A stretch of DNA of 64,000 nucleotides from Scyliorhinus canicula (lineage: Eukaryota), in contig NC_052158.1 in the NCBI RefSeq assembly GCF_902713615.1, positions 5,879,196 through 5,943,195 on the forward strand, given 5' to 3'. The notes below the pieces were generated by a model. The model worked only from the letters and a program-made list of their open reading frames with translations, did not search any database and was not told the origin of the DNA. This document shows, piece after piece, positions 10,901 to 22,900 of this stretch. A program made the position numbers and the translations under genes. How positions within the stretch are numbered: position 1 is the first letter of the stretch; each line of letters opens with the position of its first letter.

Positions 10901-13900
10901 AGAAAGTTTTCACTCAAATTTCGACGGAGTTTTAGTGTTCACAAGTGCCACTAATCTGCTTGGTAAATCTCTACTAGTGTCCTTACCTCTGAGCCAGAAG
11001 CTCTAGCTTCAAGTCCCTCCTCAGGACTTGACAGCCAAGGAAGGTGCGCTCATAACGTGGTTAAACAGGTTGAGTGTATCAAGCTGCAAATCCATCCAAA
11101 CGCGGCAATGGTTGGCGGTATGAGTGTGAGAGGCTTCAGCTCGGCTATGCTTGATGTGGAGCGGTGCCCCCTCAGCTATAATGAGACTAGGGACCTGTTC
11201 CAGTAATTATTTACTATGGAAATGGAACAAAAGTCTGTCTCGGTGTGGGAAAGAATTGGAATGGGAAAGGGAGTGCTCAAGGTACATAGAACATAGAAGC
11301 AGTACAGCACAGAACAGGCCCTTCGGCCCTCGATGTTGTGCCGAGCAATGATCACCCTACTCAACCCACGTAACCCGTATACCCGTAACCCAACAATCCC
11401 CCCATTAACCTTACACTACGGGCAATTTAGCATGGCTAATCCACCTAACCCGCACATCTTTGGACTGTGGGAGGAAACCGGAGCACCCGGAGGAAACCCA
11501 CGCACACACGGGGAGGACGTGCAGACTCCATACAGACAGTGACCCAGCCGGGAATCGAACCTGGGACCCTGGAGCTGTGAAGCATTGATGCTAACCACCA
11601 TGCTACCGTGAGGCCCCTAAAAATATAATGAAAATCGCTTATTGTCACGAGTAGGCTTCAATGAAGTTACTGTGAAAAGCCCCTAGTCACCACATTCCGG
11701 CGCCTGTCCGGGGAGGCTGGTACGGGATTCATGAAAGCATTACATCATACATTAACGCTGAAGAGGAGGCATATAAACTGGTCAGAAGCCTGAGGACTGG
11801 GAGAAATTAAAATTTCAGCAGAGGAGGACAAAGGGTTTAATTGGGAAGGGGAAAATATAATAGGAAAGCAAGCTTGCAGAAAACATAAAAACTGACGGCA
11901 AAAGCTTCTATGGATATGTGAAGAGAAAAAAGACTGGTGAAGATAAATGTAGGTCCCTTACAGTTAGAATCAGGAGAATTCATAATGGCCAACAAAGAGA
12001 TGGCAGACCAGTTGAACAAATATGGATCTGTCTTCACTAAGAAGGACACAAATAACCTTCTGGAAATACTAGGGGACAAAGGATCTAGCATGAAGGAGGA
12101 ACTGAACAAAACCCTTATTAGTCAGGGCAGCACGGTAGCATTGTGGATAGCACAATCACTTCACAGCTCCAGGGTCCCAGGTTCGATTCCGGCTTGGGTC
12201 ACTGTCTGTGCGGAGTCTGCACATCCTCCCCGTGTCTGCGTGGGTTTCCTCCGGGTGCTCCGGTTTCCTCCCACAGTCCAAAGATTGGCAGGTTAGGTGG
12301 ATTGGCCATGATAAATTGCCCTTAGTGTCCAAAATTGCCCTTAGTGTTGGGTGGGCTTACTGGGTTGTGGGGATAGGGTGGACGTGTTGACCTTGGGTGG
12401 GGTGCTCTTTCCAAGAGCCAGTGCAGACTCGATGGGCCGAATGGCCTCCTTCTGCACTGTAAATTCTATGAGGAACTTGTTGTGGGGAAATTGATGGGAT
12501 TGAAACCCGTTAAGTCCCCAGGGCCTGATGCTCTGCATCCCAGAGTTTAAGGAAGTGGCCCCAGAAATAATGGATTTAGTGGTGATCATTTTCCAGCATT
12601 CTATAGACTCTGGAAGAGGTCCAATGGATTGGAGGGTAGCTAATGTAACCCCACTTTTTAAAAAAAGGAGGGCGAGAAAACAGGGAATTACAGACCGGTT
12701 AGCCTGACATCGGTGGTGGAGAAAATGCTGGCGTCAATTATTAAGTATGAATTAACTGAGTATTTGGTGTCATGTGAGTGTCTCTTTAAGAAATGTTTTT
12801 GTCTTATCACATGGCTCAGCGATTCCATTGTGTGGGTGGAGCTGGGTTGTGGCTCTGGAGTTGATTTTACTTTTGCTTTGGGTTTGGAGCTGGTTTGTGG
12901 TTCTGAGTTTTTAATTTCGTTTTCACATTTGGCTGTTGTAGACTCAGACAGAGAAGTGTTTTTCCTGTCTCTCTATTTTCAATTTTAAAGAGTTATTCCA
13001 AAGAAGAAACCTAATTATTATAATTACCTACTGTTTTGGTAAAAAGGGGAGGGTTTGTTTCATGGGATCTTGTTATTGAATTGGAACAGTTAAGGGGAAA
13101 TTTATTCACGGGTTATTCACAGATTACTGTAGCTGTGTAGGCTCTTTATGTTTGTAACTGACAATAATTCTTACTGTAAATTTGAGGAATAAAGCTTGCT
13201 CTTTGATTAAAAGCGTCTAAGATCTCTGTTTAATAACACCTGTAAGGCAGTCTCTTGTGCTTATCGTAACCAAAATAAACAGTTATAAGTCAGGTGAACT
13301 CTGTAATATACTTTGGTGTTTTCTAAACCCTGGCCTAACATAGAAAAGCGGGAACAGGATCGGTCCAAGTCAGCATGGATTCACTAAAGGGAAATCATGC
13401 TTGACAAACCTGGAATTTGTGGAGGATTTGACCAGTAGAGTGGACAAGGGTGAAGCAGTGGATGTTGTGTATCTGGACTTTCAAAAGACTTTTGACAAGG
13501 TCCCACACAAGAGATTAATGCACAAAGTAAAGCCCATGGCATTGGGGGGTAATGTATTGACCTGGATAGAGAAATAGTTGGCAGACAGGAAACAGAGAGT
13601 GGGAATAAACGTGCCATTTTCAGAGTGTCAGGCAGTGACTAGTGGGGTACCGCAGGGTTCAGTGCTGGGACCCCAGCTGGTCACAATATACATTAATGAT
13701 TTAGACAAAGGAATTGAGACGACACTAAGCAGTGGGATTCTCCGTCTGTTCCCGGCAGTGGGATTCTCCGCCCGCTCCCGGCAGTGGGATTCTCCGTTCG
13801 TTCCCGGCAGTGGGATTCTCCGTCCGTTCCCGGCAGTGGGATTCTCTGTCCGTTCCCGGCAGTGGGATTCTCCGTCCGTTCCTGGCAGTGGGATTCTCCG

Positions 13901-16900
13901 TCCATTCCCGGCAGTGGGATTCTCCGTCCTTTCCCGGCAGTGGGAATCTCTCAGTTCCCGGCAGTGGGATTCTCCGTCCGTTCCCGGCGGTGGGGATTCT
14001 CTGTCCGTTCCTGGCAGTGGGATTCTCTGTCCGTTCCTGGCAGTGGGATTCTCTGTCCGTTCCCGGCAGTGGGATTCTCTGTCCGTTCCCGGCAGTGGGA
14101 TTCTCTGTCCGTTCCCGCAGTGGGAATCTCTGTCAGTTCCCGGCAGTGGGATTCTCCGTTCGTTCCCGGCAGTGGGATTCTCTCTCCGTTCCCGGCAGTG
14201 GGATTCTCCGTCCGTTCCCGGCAGTGGGATTCTCCGTCCGTTCCCGGCAGTGGGATTCTCTCTCCTTTCCCGGCAGTGGGATTCTCCGTCCGTTCCCGGC
14301 AGTGGGATTCTCCGTCCGTTCGCGGCAGTGGGATTCTCCGTCTGTTCCCAGCAGTGGGATTCTCTCCTCCATTCCCGGCAGTGGGATTCTCCGTCCGTTC
14401 CCGGCAGTGGGATTCTCCGTCCATTCCCGGCAGTGGGATTCTCTGTCCGTTCCCGGCAGTGGGATTCTCCGTCCATTCCCGGCAGTGGGATTCTCTGTCC
14501 GTTCCCGGCAGTGGGATTCTCCGTCCGTTCCCGGCAGTGGAATCTCCGTCCGTTCCCAGCAGTGGGATTCTCTCTCCGTTCCCGGCAGTGGGATTCTCTG
14601 TCCGTTCCCGGCAGTGGGATTCTCCGTCCATTCCCGGCAGTGGGATTCTCCGTCCATTCCCGGCAGTGGGATTCTCCGTCCTTTCCCGGCAGTGGGAATC
14701 TCTCAGTTCCCGGCAGTGGGATTCTCCGTCCGTTCCCGGCAGTGGGATTCTCTGTCCGTTCCTGGCAGTGGGATTCTCTGTCCGTTCCTGGCAGTGGGAT
14801 TCTCTGTCCGTTCCCGGCAGTGGGATTCTCTGTCCGTTCCCGGCAGTGGGATTCTCTGTCCGTTCCCGGCAGTGGGAATCTCTGTCAGTTCCCGGCAGTG
14901 GGATTCTCCGTTCGTTCCCGGCAGTGGGATTCTCTCTCCGTTCCCGGCAGTGGGATTCTCCGTCCGTTCCCGGCAGTGGGATTCTCCGTCCGTTCCCGGC
15001 AGTGGGATTCTCTCTCCTTTCCCGGCAGTGGGATTCTCCGTCCGTTCCCGGCAGTGGGATTCTCCGTCCGTTCCCGGCAGTGGGATTCTCCGTCTGTTCC
15101 CAGCAGTGGGATTCTCTCTCCATTCCCGGCAGTGGGATTCTCCGTCCGTTCCCGGCAGTGGGATTCTCCGTCCATTCCCGGCAGTGGGATTCTCTGTCCG
15201 TTCCCGGCAGTGGGATTCTCCGTCCATTCCCGGCAGTGGGATTCTCTGTCCGTTCCCGGCAGTGGGATTCTCCGTCCGTTCCCGGCAGTGGAATCTCCGT
15301 CCGTTCCCAGCAGTGGGATTCTCTCTCCGTTCCCGGCAGTGGGATTCTCTGTCCGTTTCCGGCAGTGGGATTCTCTGTCCGTTCCCGGCAGTGGGATTCT
15401 CTGTCCGTTCCCGGCAGTGGGATTCTCCGTCCATTCCCGGCAGTGGGATTCTCTGTCCGTTCCCGGAAGTGGGATTCTCCGTCCGTTCCTGGCAGTGGGA
15501 TTCTCCGTCCATTCCCGGCAGTGGGATTCTCCGTCAGTTCCCGGCAGTGGGATTCTCCGTCAGTTCCCGGCAGTGGGATTCTCCGCCCGTTCCCGGCAGT
15601 GGGATCTCCGCCCGTTCCCGGCAGTGGGATTCTCCGTCCGTTCCCGGCAGTGGGATTCCCCGCCCGTTCCCGGCAGTGGGATTCTCCGTCCGTTCCCGGC
15701 AGTGGGATCTCCGCCCGTTCCCGGCAGTGGGATTCTCCGCCCATTCCCGGCAGTGGGATTCTCCGTCCGTTCCCAGCAGTGGGATTCTCCGTCAGTTCCC
15801 GGCAGTGGGATTCTCCGTCCGTTCCTGGCAGTGGGATTCTCCATCTGTTCCCAGCAGTGGGATTCTCCGCCCGTTCCCGGCAGTGGGATTCTCCATCTGT
15901 TCCCAGCAGTGGGATTCTCCGTCCGTTCCCGGCAGTGGGATTCTCCGTCCGTTCCCGGCAGTGGGATTCTCCGTCCGTTCCCGGCAGTGGGATTCTCCGT
16001 CCGTTCCCGGCAGTGGGATTCTCCGTCTGTTCCCGGCAGTGGGATTCTCCGTCCGTTCCCGGCAGTGGGATTCTCCGTCCATTCCCGGCAGTGGGATTCT
16101 CCGTCCGTTCCCGGCAGTGGGATTCTCCGTCCGTTCCCGGCAGTGGGATTCTCTGTCCGTTTCCGGCAGTGGGATTCTCCGTCCGTTCCCGGCAGTGGGA
16201 TTCTCCGTCCGTTCCCGGCAGTGGGAATCTCCGTCCGTTCCCGGCAGTGGGATTCTCCGTCAGTTCCCGGCAGTGGGATTCTCCGTCCGTTGCCGGCAGT
16301 GGGATTCTCCGTCAGTTCCCGGCAGTGGGATTCTCCGTCCATTCCCGGCAGTGGGATTCTCTGTCCGTTCCCGGCAGTGGGATTCTCCGCCCGTTCCCGG
16401 CAGTGGGATTCTCCGTCCGTTCCCAGCAGTGGGATTCTCCGCCCGTTCCCGGCAGTGGGATTCTCTGTCCGTTCCCGGCAGTGGGATTCTCTGTCCGTTG
16501 CCGGCAGTGGGATTCTCCGTCCATTCCCGGCAGTGGGATTCTCTGTCCGTTCCCGGCAGTGGGATTCTCTGTCTGTTCCAGGCAGTGGGATTTTCTGTCC
16601 GTTGGCGGCAGTGGGATTCTCCATCCATTCCCGGCAGTGGGATTCTCCGTCCGTTCCTGGCAGTGGGATTCTCTCTCCATTCCCGGCAGTGGGATTCTCC
16701 TCCCGCTCCCGGCAGTGGGATTCTCCGTCCGTTCCTGGCAGTGGGATTCTCCGTCCATTCCCGGCAGTGGGATTCTCCGTCCTTTCCCCGGCAGTGGGAA
16801 TCTCTCAGTTCCCGGCAGTGGGATTCTCCGTCCGTTCCCGCAGTGGGATTCTCTGTCCGTTCCTGGCAGTGGGATTCTCTGTCCGTTCCTGGCAGTGGGA

Positions 16901-19900
16901 TTCTCTGTCCGTTCCCGGCAGTGGGATTCTCTGTCCGTTCCCGGCAGTGGGATTCTCTGTCCGTTCCCGGCAGTGGGAATCTCTGTCAGTTCCCGGCAGT
17001 GGGATTCTCCGTTCGTTCCCGGCAGTGGGATTCTCTCTCCGTTCCCGGCAGTGGGATTCTCCGTCCGTTCCCGGCAGTGGGATTCTCCGTCCGTTCCCGG
17101 CAGTGGGATTCTCTCTCCTTTCCCGGCAGTGGGATTCTCCGTCCGTTCCCGGCAGTGGGATTCTCCGTCCGTTCCCAGCAGTGGGATTCTCCGTCTGTTC
17201 CCAGCAGTGGGATTCTCTCTCCATTCCCGGCAGTGGGATTCTCCGTCCGTTCCCGGCAGTGGGATTCTCCGTCCATTCCCGGCAGTGGGATTCTCTGTCC
17301 GTTCCCGGCAGTGGGATTCTCCGTCCATTCCCGGCAGTGGGATTCTCTGTCCGTTCCCGGCAGTGGGATTCTCCGTCCGTTCCCGGCAGTGGAATCTCCG
17401 TCCGTTCCCAGCAGTGGGATTCTCTCTCCGTTCCCGGCAGTGGGATTCTCCGTCCGTTCCCGGCAGTGGGATTCTCTGTCCATTCCCGGCAGTGGGATTC
17501 TCTGTCCGTTCCCGGCAGTGGGATTCTCCGTCCATTCCCGGCAGTGGGATTCTCTGTCCGTTCCCGGCAGTGGGATTCTCCGTCCGTTCCTGGCAGTGGG
17601 ATTCTCCGTCCATTCCCGGCAGTGGGATTCTCCGTCAGTTCCCGGCAGTGGGATTCTCTGTCAGTTCCCGGCAGTGGGATTCTCCGCCCGTTCCCGGCAG
17701 TGGGATCTCCGCCCGTTCCCGGCAGTGGGATTCTCCGTCCGTTCCCGGCAGTGGGATTCTCCGCCCGTTCCCGGCAGTGGGATTCTCCGTCCGTTCCCGG
17801 CAGTGGGATCTCCGCCCGTTCCCGGCAGTGGGATTCTCCGTCCATTCCCGGCAGTGGGATTCTCCGTCCGTTCCCAGCAGCGGGATTCTCCGTCAGTTCC
17901 CGGCAGTGGGATTCTCCGTCCATTCCCGGCAGTGGGATTCTCCGTCAGTTCCCGGCAGTGGGATTCTCTGTCAGTTCCCGGCAGTGGGATTCTCCGCCCG
18001 TTCCCGGCAGTGGGATCTCCGCCCGTTCCCGGCAGTGGGATTCTCCGTCCGTTCCCGGCAGTGGGATTCTCCGCCCGTTCCCGGCAGTGGGATTCTCCGT
18101 CCGTTCCCGGCAGTGGGATCTCCGCCCGTTCCCGGCAGTGGGATTCTCCGTCCATTCCCGGCAGTGGGATTCTCCGTCCGTTCCCAGCAGCGGGATTCTC
18201 CGTCAGTTCCCGGCAGTGGGATTCTCCGTCCGTTCCTGGCAGTGGGATTCTCCATCTGTTCCCAGCAGTGGGATTCTCCGCCCGTTCCCGGCAGTGGGAT
18301 TCTCCATCTGTTCCCAGCAGTGGGATTCTCCGTCCGTTCCCGGCAGTGGGATTCTCCGTCCGTTCCCGGCAGTGGGATTCTCCGTCCGTTCCCGGCAGTG
18401 GGATTCCCCGTCCGTTCCCAGCAGTGGGATTCTCCGTCCGTTCCCGGCAGTGGGATTCTCCGTCCGTTCCCGGCAGTGGGATTCTCCGTCCGTTCCCGGC
18501 AGTGGGATTCCCCGTCCGTTCCCGGCAGTGGGATTCTCTGTCCGTTCCCGGCAGTGGGATTCTCCGTCCGTTCCCGGCAGTGGGATTCTCTGTCCGTTCC
18601 TGGCAGTGGGATTCTCTGTCCGTTCCCGGCAGTGGGATTCTCCGTCCGTTCCTGGCAGTGGGATTCTCCGTCCGTTCCCGGCAGTGGGATTCTCCGCCCG
18701 TTCCCGGCAGTGGGATTCTCCGCCCGTTCCCGGCAGTGGGATTCTCTGTCCGTTCCCGGCAGTGGGATTCTCTGTCCGTTGCCGGCAGTGGGATTCTCCG
18801 TCCATTCCCGGCAGTGGGATTCTCTGTCCGTTGCCGGCAGTGGGATTCTCCATCCATTCCCGGCAGTGGGATTCTCCGTCCGTTCCTGGCAGTGGGATTC
18901 TCTCTCCATTCCCGGCAGTGGGATTCTCCGCCCGCTCCCGGCAGTGGGATTCTCCGTTCGTTCCCGGCAGTGGGATTCTCCGTCCGTTCCCGGCAGTGGG
19001 ATTCTCCGTCCTTTCCCGGCAGTGGGATTCTCTCTCCTTTCCCGGCAGTGGGATTCTCCGTCCGTTCCCGGCAGTGGGATTCTCCGTCCGTTCCCGGCAG
19101 TGGGATTCTCTGTCCGTTCCCGGCAGTGGGAATCTCTGTCCTTTCCCGGCAGTGGGATTCTCTGTCCGTTCCCGGCAGTGGGAATCTCTGTCCGTTCCCG
19201 GCAGTGGGATTCTCTGTCCGTTCCCGGCAGTGGGATTCTCCGTCCGTTCCCGGCATTGGGAATCTCTGTCCGTTCCTGGCAGTGGGATTCTCTGTCCGTT
19301 CCCGGCAGTGGGATTCTCTGTCAGTTCCCGGCAGTGGGATTCTCTGTCCGTTCCCGGCAGTGGGATTCTCCGTCCGTTCCCGGCAGTGGGAATCTCTGTC
19401 CGTTCCTGGCAGTGGGATTCTCTGTCAGTTCCCGGCAGTGGGATTCTCCGTCCGTTCCTGGCAGTGGGATTCTCCGTCCGTTCCCGGCAGTGGGATTCTC
19501 TGTCCGTTCCCGACAGTCGGATTCTCTGTCCGTTGCCGGCAGTGGGAATCTCTGTCCGTTCCCGACAGTCGGATTCTCCGTCTGTTCCCAGCAGTGGGAT
19601 TCTCCGTCCGTTCCCAGCAGTGGGATTCTCCGTCCATTCCCGGCAGTGGGATTCTCCGTCCGTTCCCGGCAGTGGGATTCTCCGTCCATTCCCGGCAGTG
19701 GGATTCTCTGTCCGTTCCCGGCAGTGGGATTCTCCGTCCGTTCCCAGCAGTGGGATTCTCCATCCGTTCCCGGCAGTGGGATTCTCTGTCCGTTCCCGGC
19801 AGTGGGATTCTCTGTCCGTTCCCGGCAGTGGGATTCTCCATCCGTTCCCGGCAGTGGGATTCTCTGTCCGTTCCCAGCAGTGGGATTCTCCATCCGTTCC

Positions 19901-22900
19901 CGGCAGTGGGATTCTCCATCCGTTCCCGGCAGTGGGATTCTCTGTCCGTTTCCGGCAGTGGGATTCTCGGTCCGTTCCCGGCAGTGGGATTCTCCGTCCG
20001 TTCCCGGCAGTGGGATTCTCCGTCCGTTCCCGGCAGTGGGATTCTCCGTCCGTTCCCGGCAGTGGGATTCTCTGTCCGTTCCCAGCAGTGGGATTCTCCA
20101 TCCGTTCCCGGCAGTGGGATTCTCCATCCGTTCCCGGCAGTGGGATTCTCTGTCCGTTTCCGGCAGTGGGATTCTCGGTCCGTTCCCGGCAGTGGGATTC
20201 TCCGTCCGTTCCCGGCAGTGGGATTCTCCGTCCGTTCCCGGCAGTGGGATTCTCCGTCCGTTCCCGGCAGTGGGATTCTCTCTCCTTTCCCGGCAGTGGG
20301 ATTCTCCGTCCTTTCCCGGCAGCGGGATTCTCCGTCCGTTCCCGGCAGTGGGATTCTCTGTCCGTTCCCAGCAGTGGGATTCTCCATCCGTTCCCGGCAG
20401 TGGGATTCTCTGTCCGTTCCCGGCAGTGGGATTCTCCGTCCGTTCCCGGCAGTGGGATTCTCCGTCCATTCCCGGCAGTGGGATTCTCCGTCCGTTCCCG
20501 GCAGTGGGATTCTCCGTCCGTTCCCGGCAGTGGGATTCTCCGTCCTTTCCCGGCAGCGGGATTCTCCGTCCGTTCCCGGCAGTGGGATTCTCCGCCCGTT
20601 CCCGGCAGTGGGATTCACCGTCTGTTCCCAGCAGTGGGATTCTCCATCTGTTCCCAGCAGTGGGATTCTCCGTCCTTTCCCGGCAGTGGGATTCTCTGTC
20701 AGTTCCCAGCAGTGGGATTATCCGTCCGTTCCCGGCAGTGGGATTCTCCGTCCGTTCCCAGCAGTGGGATTCTCCATCTGTTCCCGGCAGTGGGATTCTC
20801 CGTCCGTTCCCGGCTGTGGGATTCTCTGTCAGTTCCCGGCAGTGGGATTCTCCGTCCGTTCCCAGCAGTGGGATTCTCCGTCCATTCCCGGCAGTGGGAT
20901 TCTCTGTCAGTTCCCGGCAGTGGGATTCTCTGTCAGTTCCCGGCAGTGGGATTCTCTGTCAGTTCCCGGCAGTGGGATTCTCCGTCCGTTCCCGGCAGTG
21001 GGATTCTCCGTCCGTTCCCGGCAGTGGGATTCTCTGTCAGTTCCCGGCAGTGGGATTCTCTGTCCGTTCCCGGCAGTGGGATTCACTGTCCGTTCCCGGC
21101 AGTGGGATTCTCTGTCCGTTCCTGGCAGTGGGATTCTCCGTCCATTCCCGGCATTGGGAATCTCTGTCCGTTCCCGTCAGTGGGATTCTCCGTCCGTTCC
21201 CGGCAGTGGGATTCTCCGTCCGTTCCTGGCAGTGGGATTCTCTGTCCGTTCCCGGCAGTGGGATTCTCCGTCCGTTCCCGGCAGTGGGATTCTCCGTCCG
21301 ATCCCGGCAGTGGGATTCTCCCTCCATTCCCGGCAGTGGGATTCACCGTCCGTTGCCGGCAGTGGGATTCTCCCTCCATTCCCGGCAGTGGGATTCTCCG
21401 TCCATTCCCGGCAGTGGGATTCTCTGTCCGTTCCCGGCAGTGGGATTCTCCGTCCGTTCCCGGCAGTGGGATTGTCCATCCATTCCCGGCAGTGGGATTC
21501 TCCGTCCATTCCCGGCAGTGGGATTCTCCGTCCGTTCCTGGCAGTGGGATTCTCTCTCCTTTCCCGGCAGTGGGATTCTCCGTCCTTTCCCGGCAGTGGG
21601 ATTCTCCGTCTGTTCCCAGCAGTGGGATTCTCCGTCCGTTCCCGGCAGTGGGATTCTCCGTCCATTCCCGGCAGTGGGATTCTCTCTCCTTTCCCGGCAG
21701 TGGGATTCTCTGTCCGTTCCCGGCAGTGGGATTCTCCGTCCGTTCCCGGCAGTGGGATTCTCTCTCCTTTCCCGGCAGTGGGATTCTCCGTCCTTTCCCG
21801 GCAGTGGGATTCTCCGTCTGTTCCCAGCAGTGGGATTCTCCGTCCGTTCCCGGCAGTGGGATTCTCCGTCCATTCCCGGCAGTGGGATTCTCTCTCCTTT
21901 CCCGGCAGTGGGATTCTCTGTCCGTTCCCGGCAGTGGGATTCTCCGTCCGTTCCCGGCAGTGGGATTCTCCGTCCAATCCCGGCAGTGGGATTCTCTGTC
22001 CGTTCCCGGCAGTGGGATTCTCCGTCAGTTCCCGGCAGTGGGATTCTCTGTCCGTTCCTGGCAGTGGGATTCTCCGTCCGTTCCCGGCAGTGGGAATCTC
22101 TGTCCGTTCCCGGCAGTGGGATTCTCCGTCCGTTCCCGGCAGTGGGATTCTCCATCTGTTCCCGGCAGTGGGATTCTCCGCCCGTTCCCGGCAGTGGGAT
22201 TCTCCATCTGTTCCCAGCAGTGGGATTCTCCGTCAGTTCCCGGCAGTGGGATTCTCCGTCCGTTCCCGGCAGTGGGATTCTACGTCCGTTCCCGGCAGTG
22301 GGATTCTCCGTTCGTTCCCGGCAGTGGGATTCTCCGTCCGTTCCCGGCAGTGAGATTCTCCGCCCGTTCCCGGCAGTGGGATTCTCCGTCCGTTCCCGGC
22401 AGTGGGATTCTCCGTCCATTCCCGGCATTGGGAATCTCTGTCCGTTCCTGGCAGTGGGATTCTCCGTCCGTTCCCGGCAGTGGGATTCTGCGCCCGTTCC
22501 CGGCAGTGGGATTCTCCGTCCATTCCCGGCAGTGGGAATCTATCTCCATTCCCGGCAGTGGGATTCTCTCTCCTTTCCCGGCAGTGGGATTCTCCGTCCA
22601 TTCCCGGCAGTGGGATTCTCCGTCCGTTCCCGGCAGTGGGATTCTCCGTCCGTTCCTGGCAGTGGGATTCTCCGTCCATTCCCGGCAGTGGGATTCTCCG
22701 TCTGTTCCCAGCAGTGGGATTCTCTCTCCATTCCCGGCAGTGGGATTCTCTGTCAGTTCCCGGCAGTGGGATTCTCTGTCCGTTCCCGGCAGTGGGATTC
22801 TCCGCCCGTTCCCGGCAGTGGGATTCTCCGTCCATTCCCGGCAGTGGGATTCGCCGTCCATTCCCGGCAGTGGGATTCTCCGGCAGTTCCCGGCAGTGGG

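Larger units (their letters stand above)
11730..13716 (+). mobile_element. CR1 LINE ORF2 fragment, interrupted by a SINE and an LTR, truncated at the satellite
   Basis: Collinear peptides [52 protein letters not shown], with decay. Confidence 0.92.

Noticed and set aside
10400-10960. AT-rich unique stretch as an extra exon or gene; also 48000-48800 and 59200-60050
   Set aside because: No recognisable peptide or convincing splice-site pair; left unannotated.
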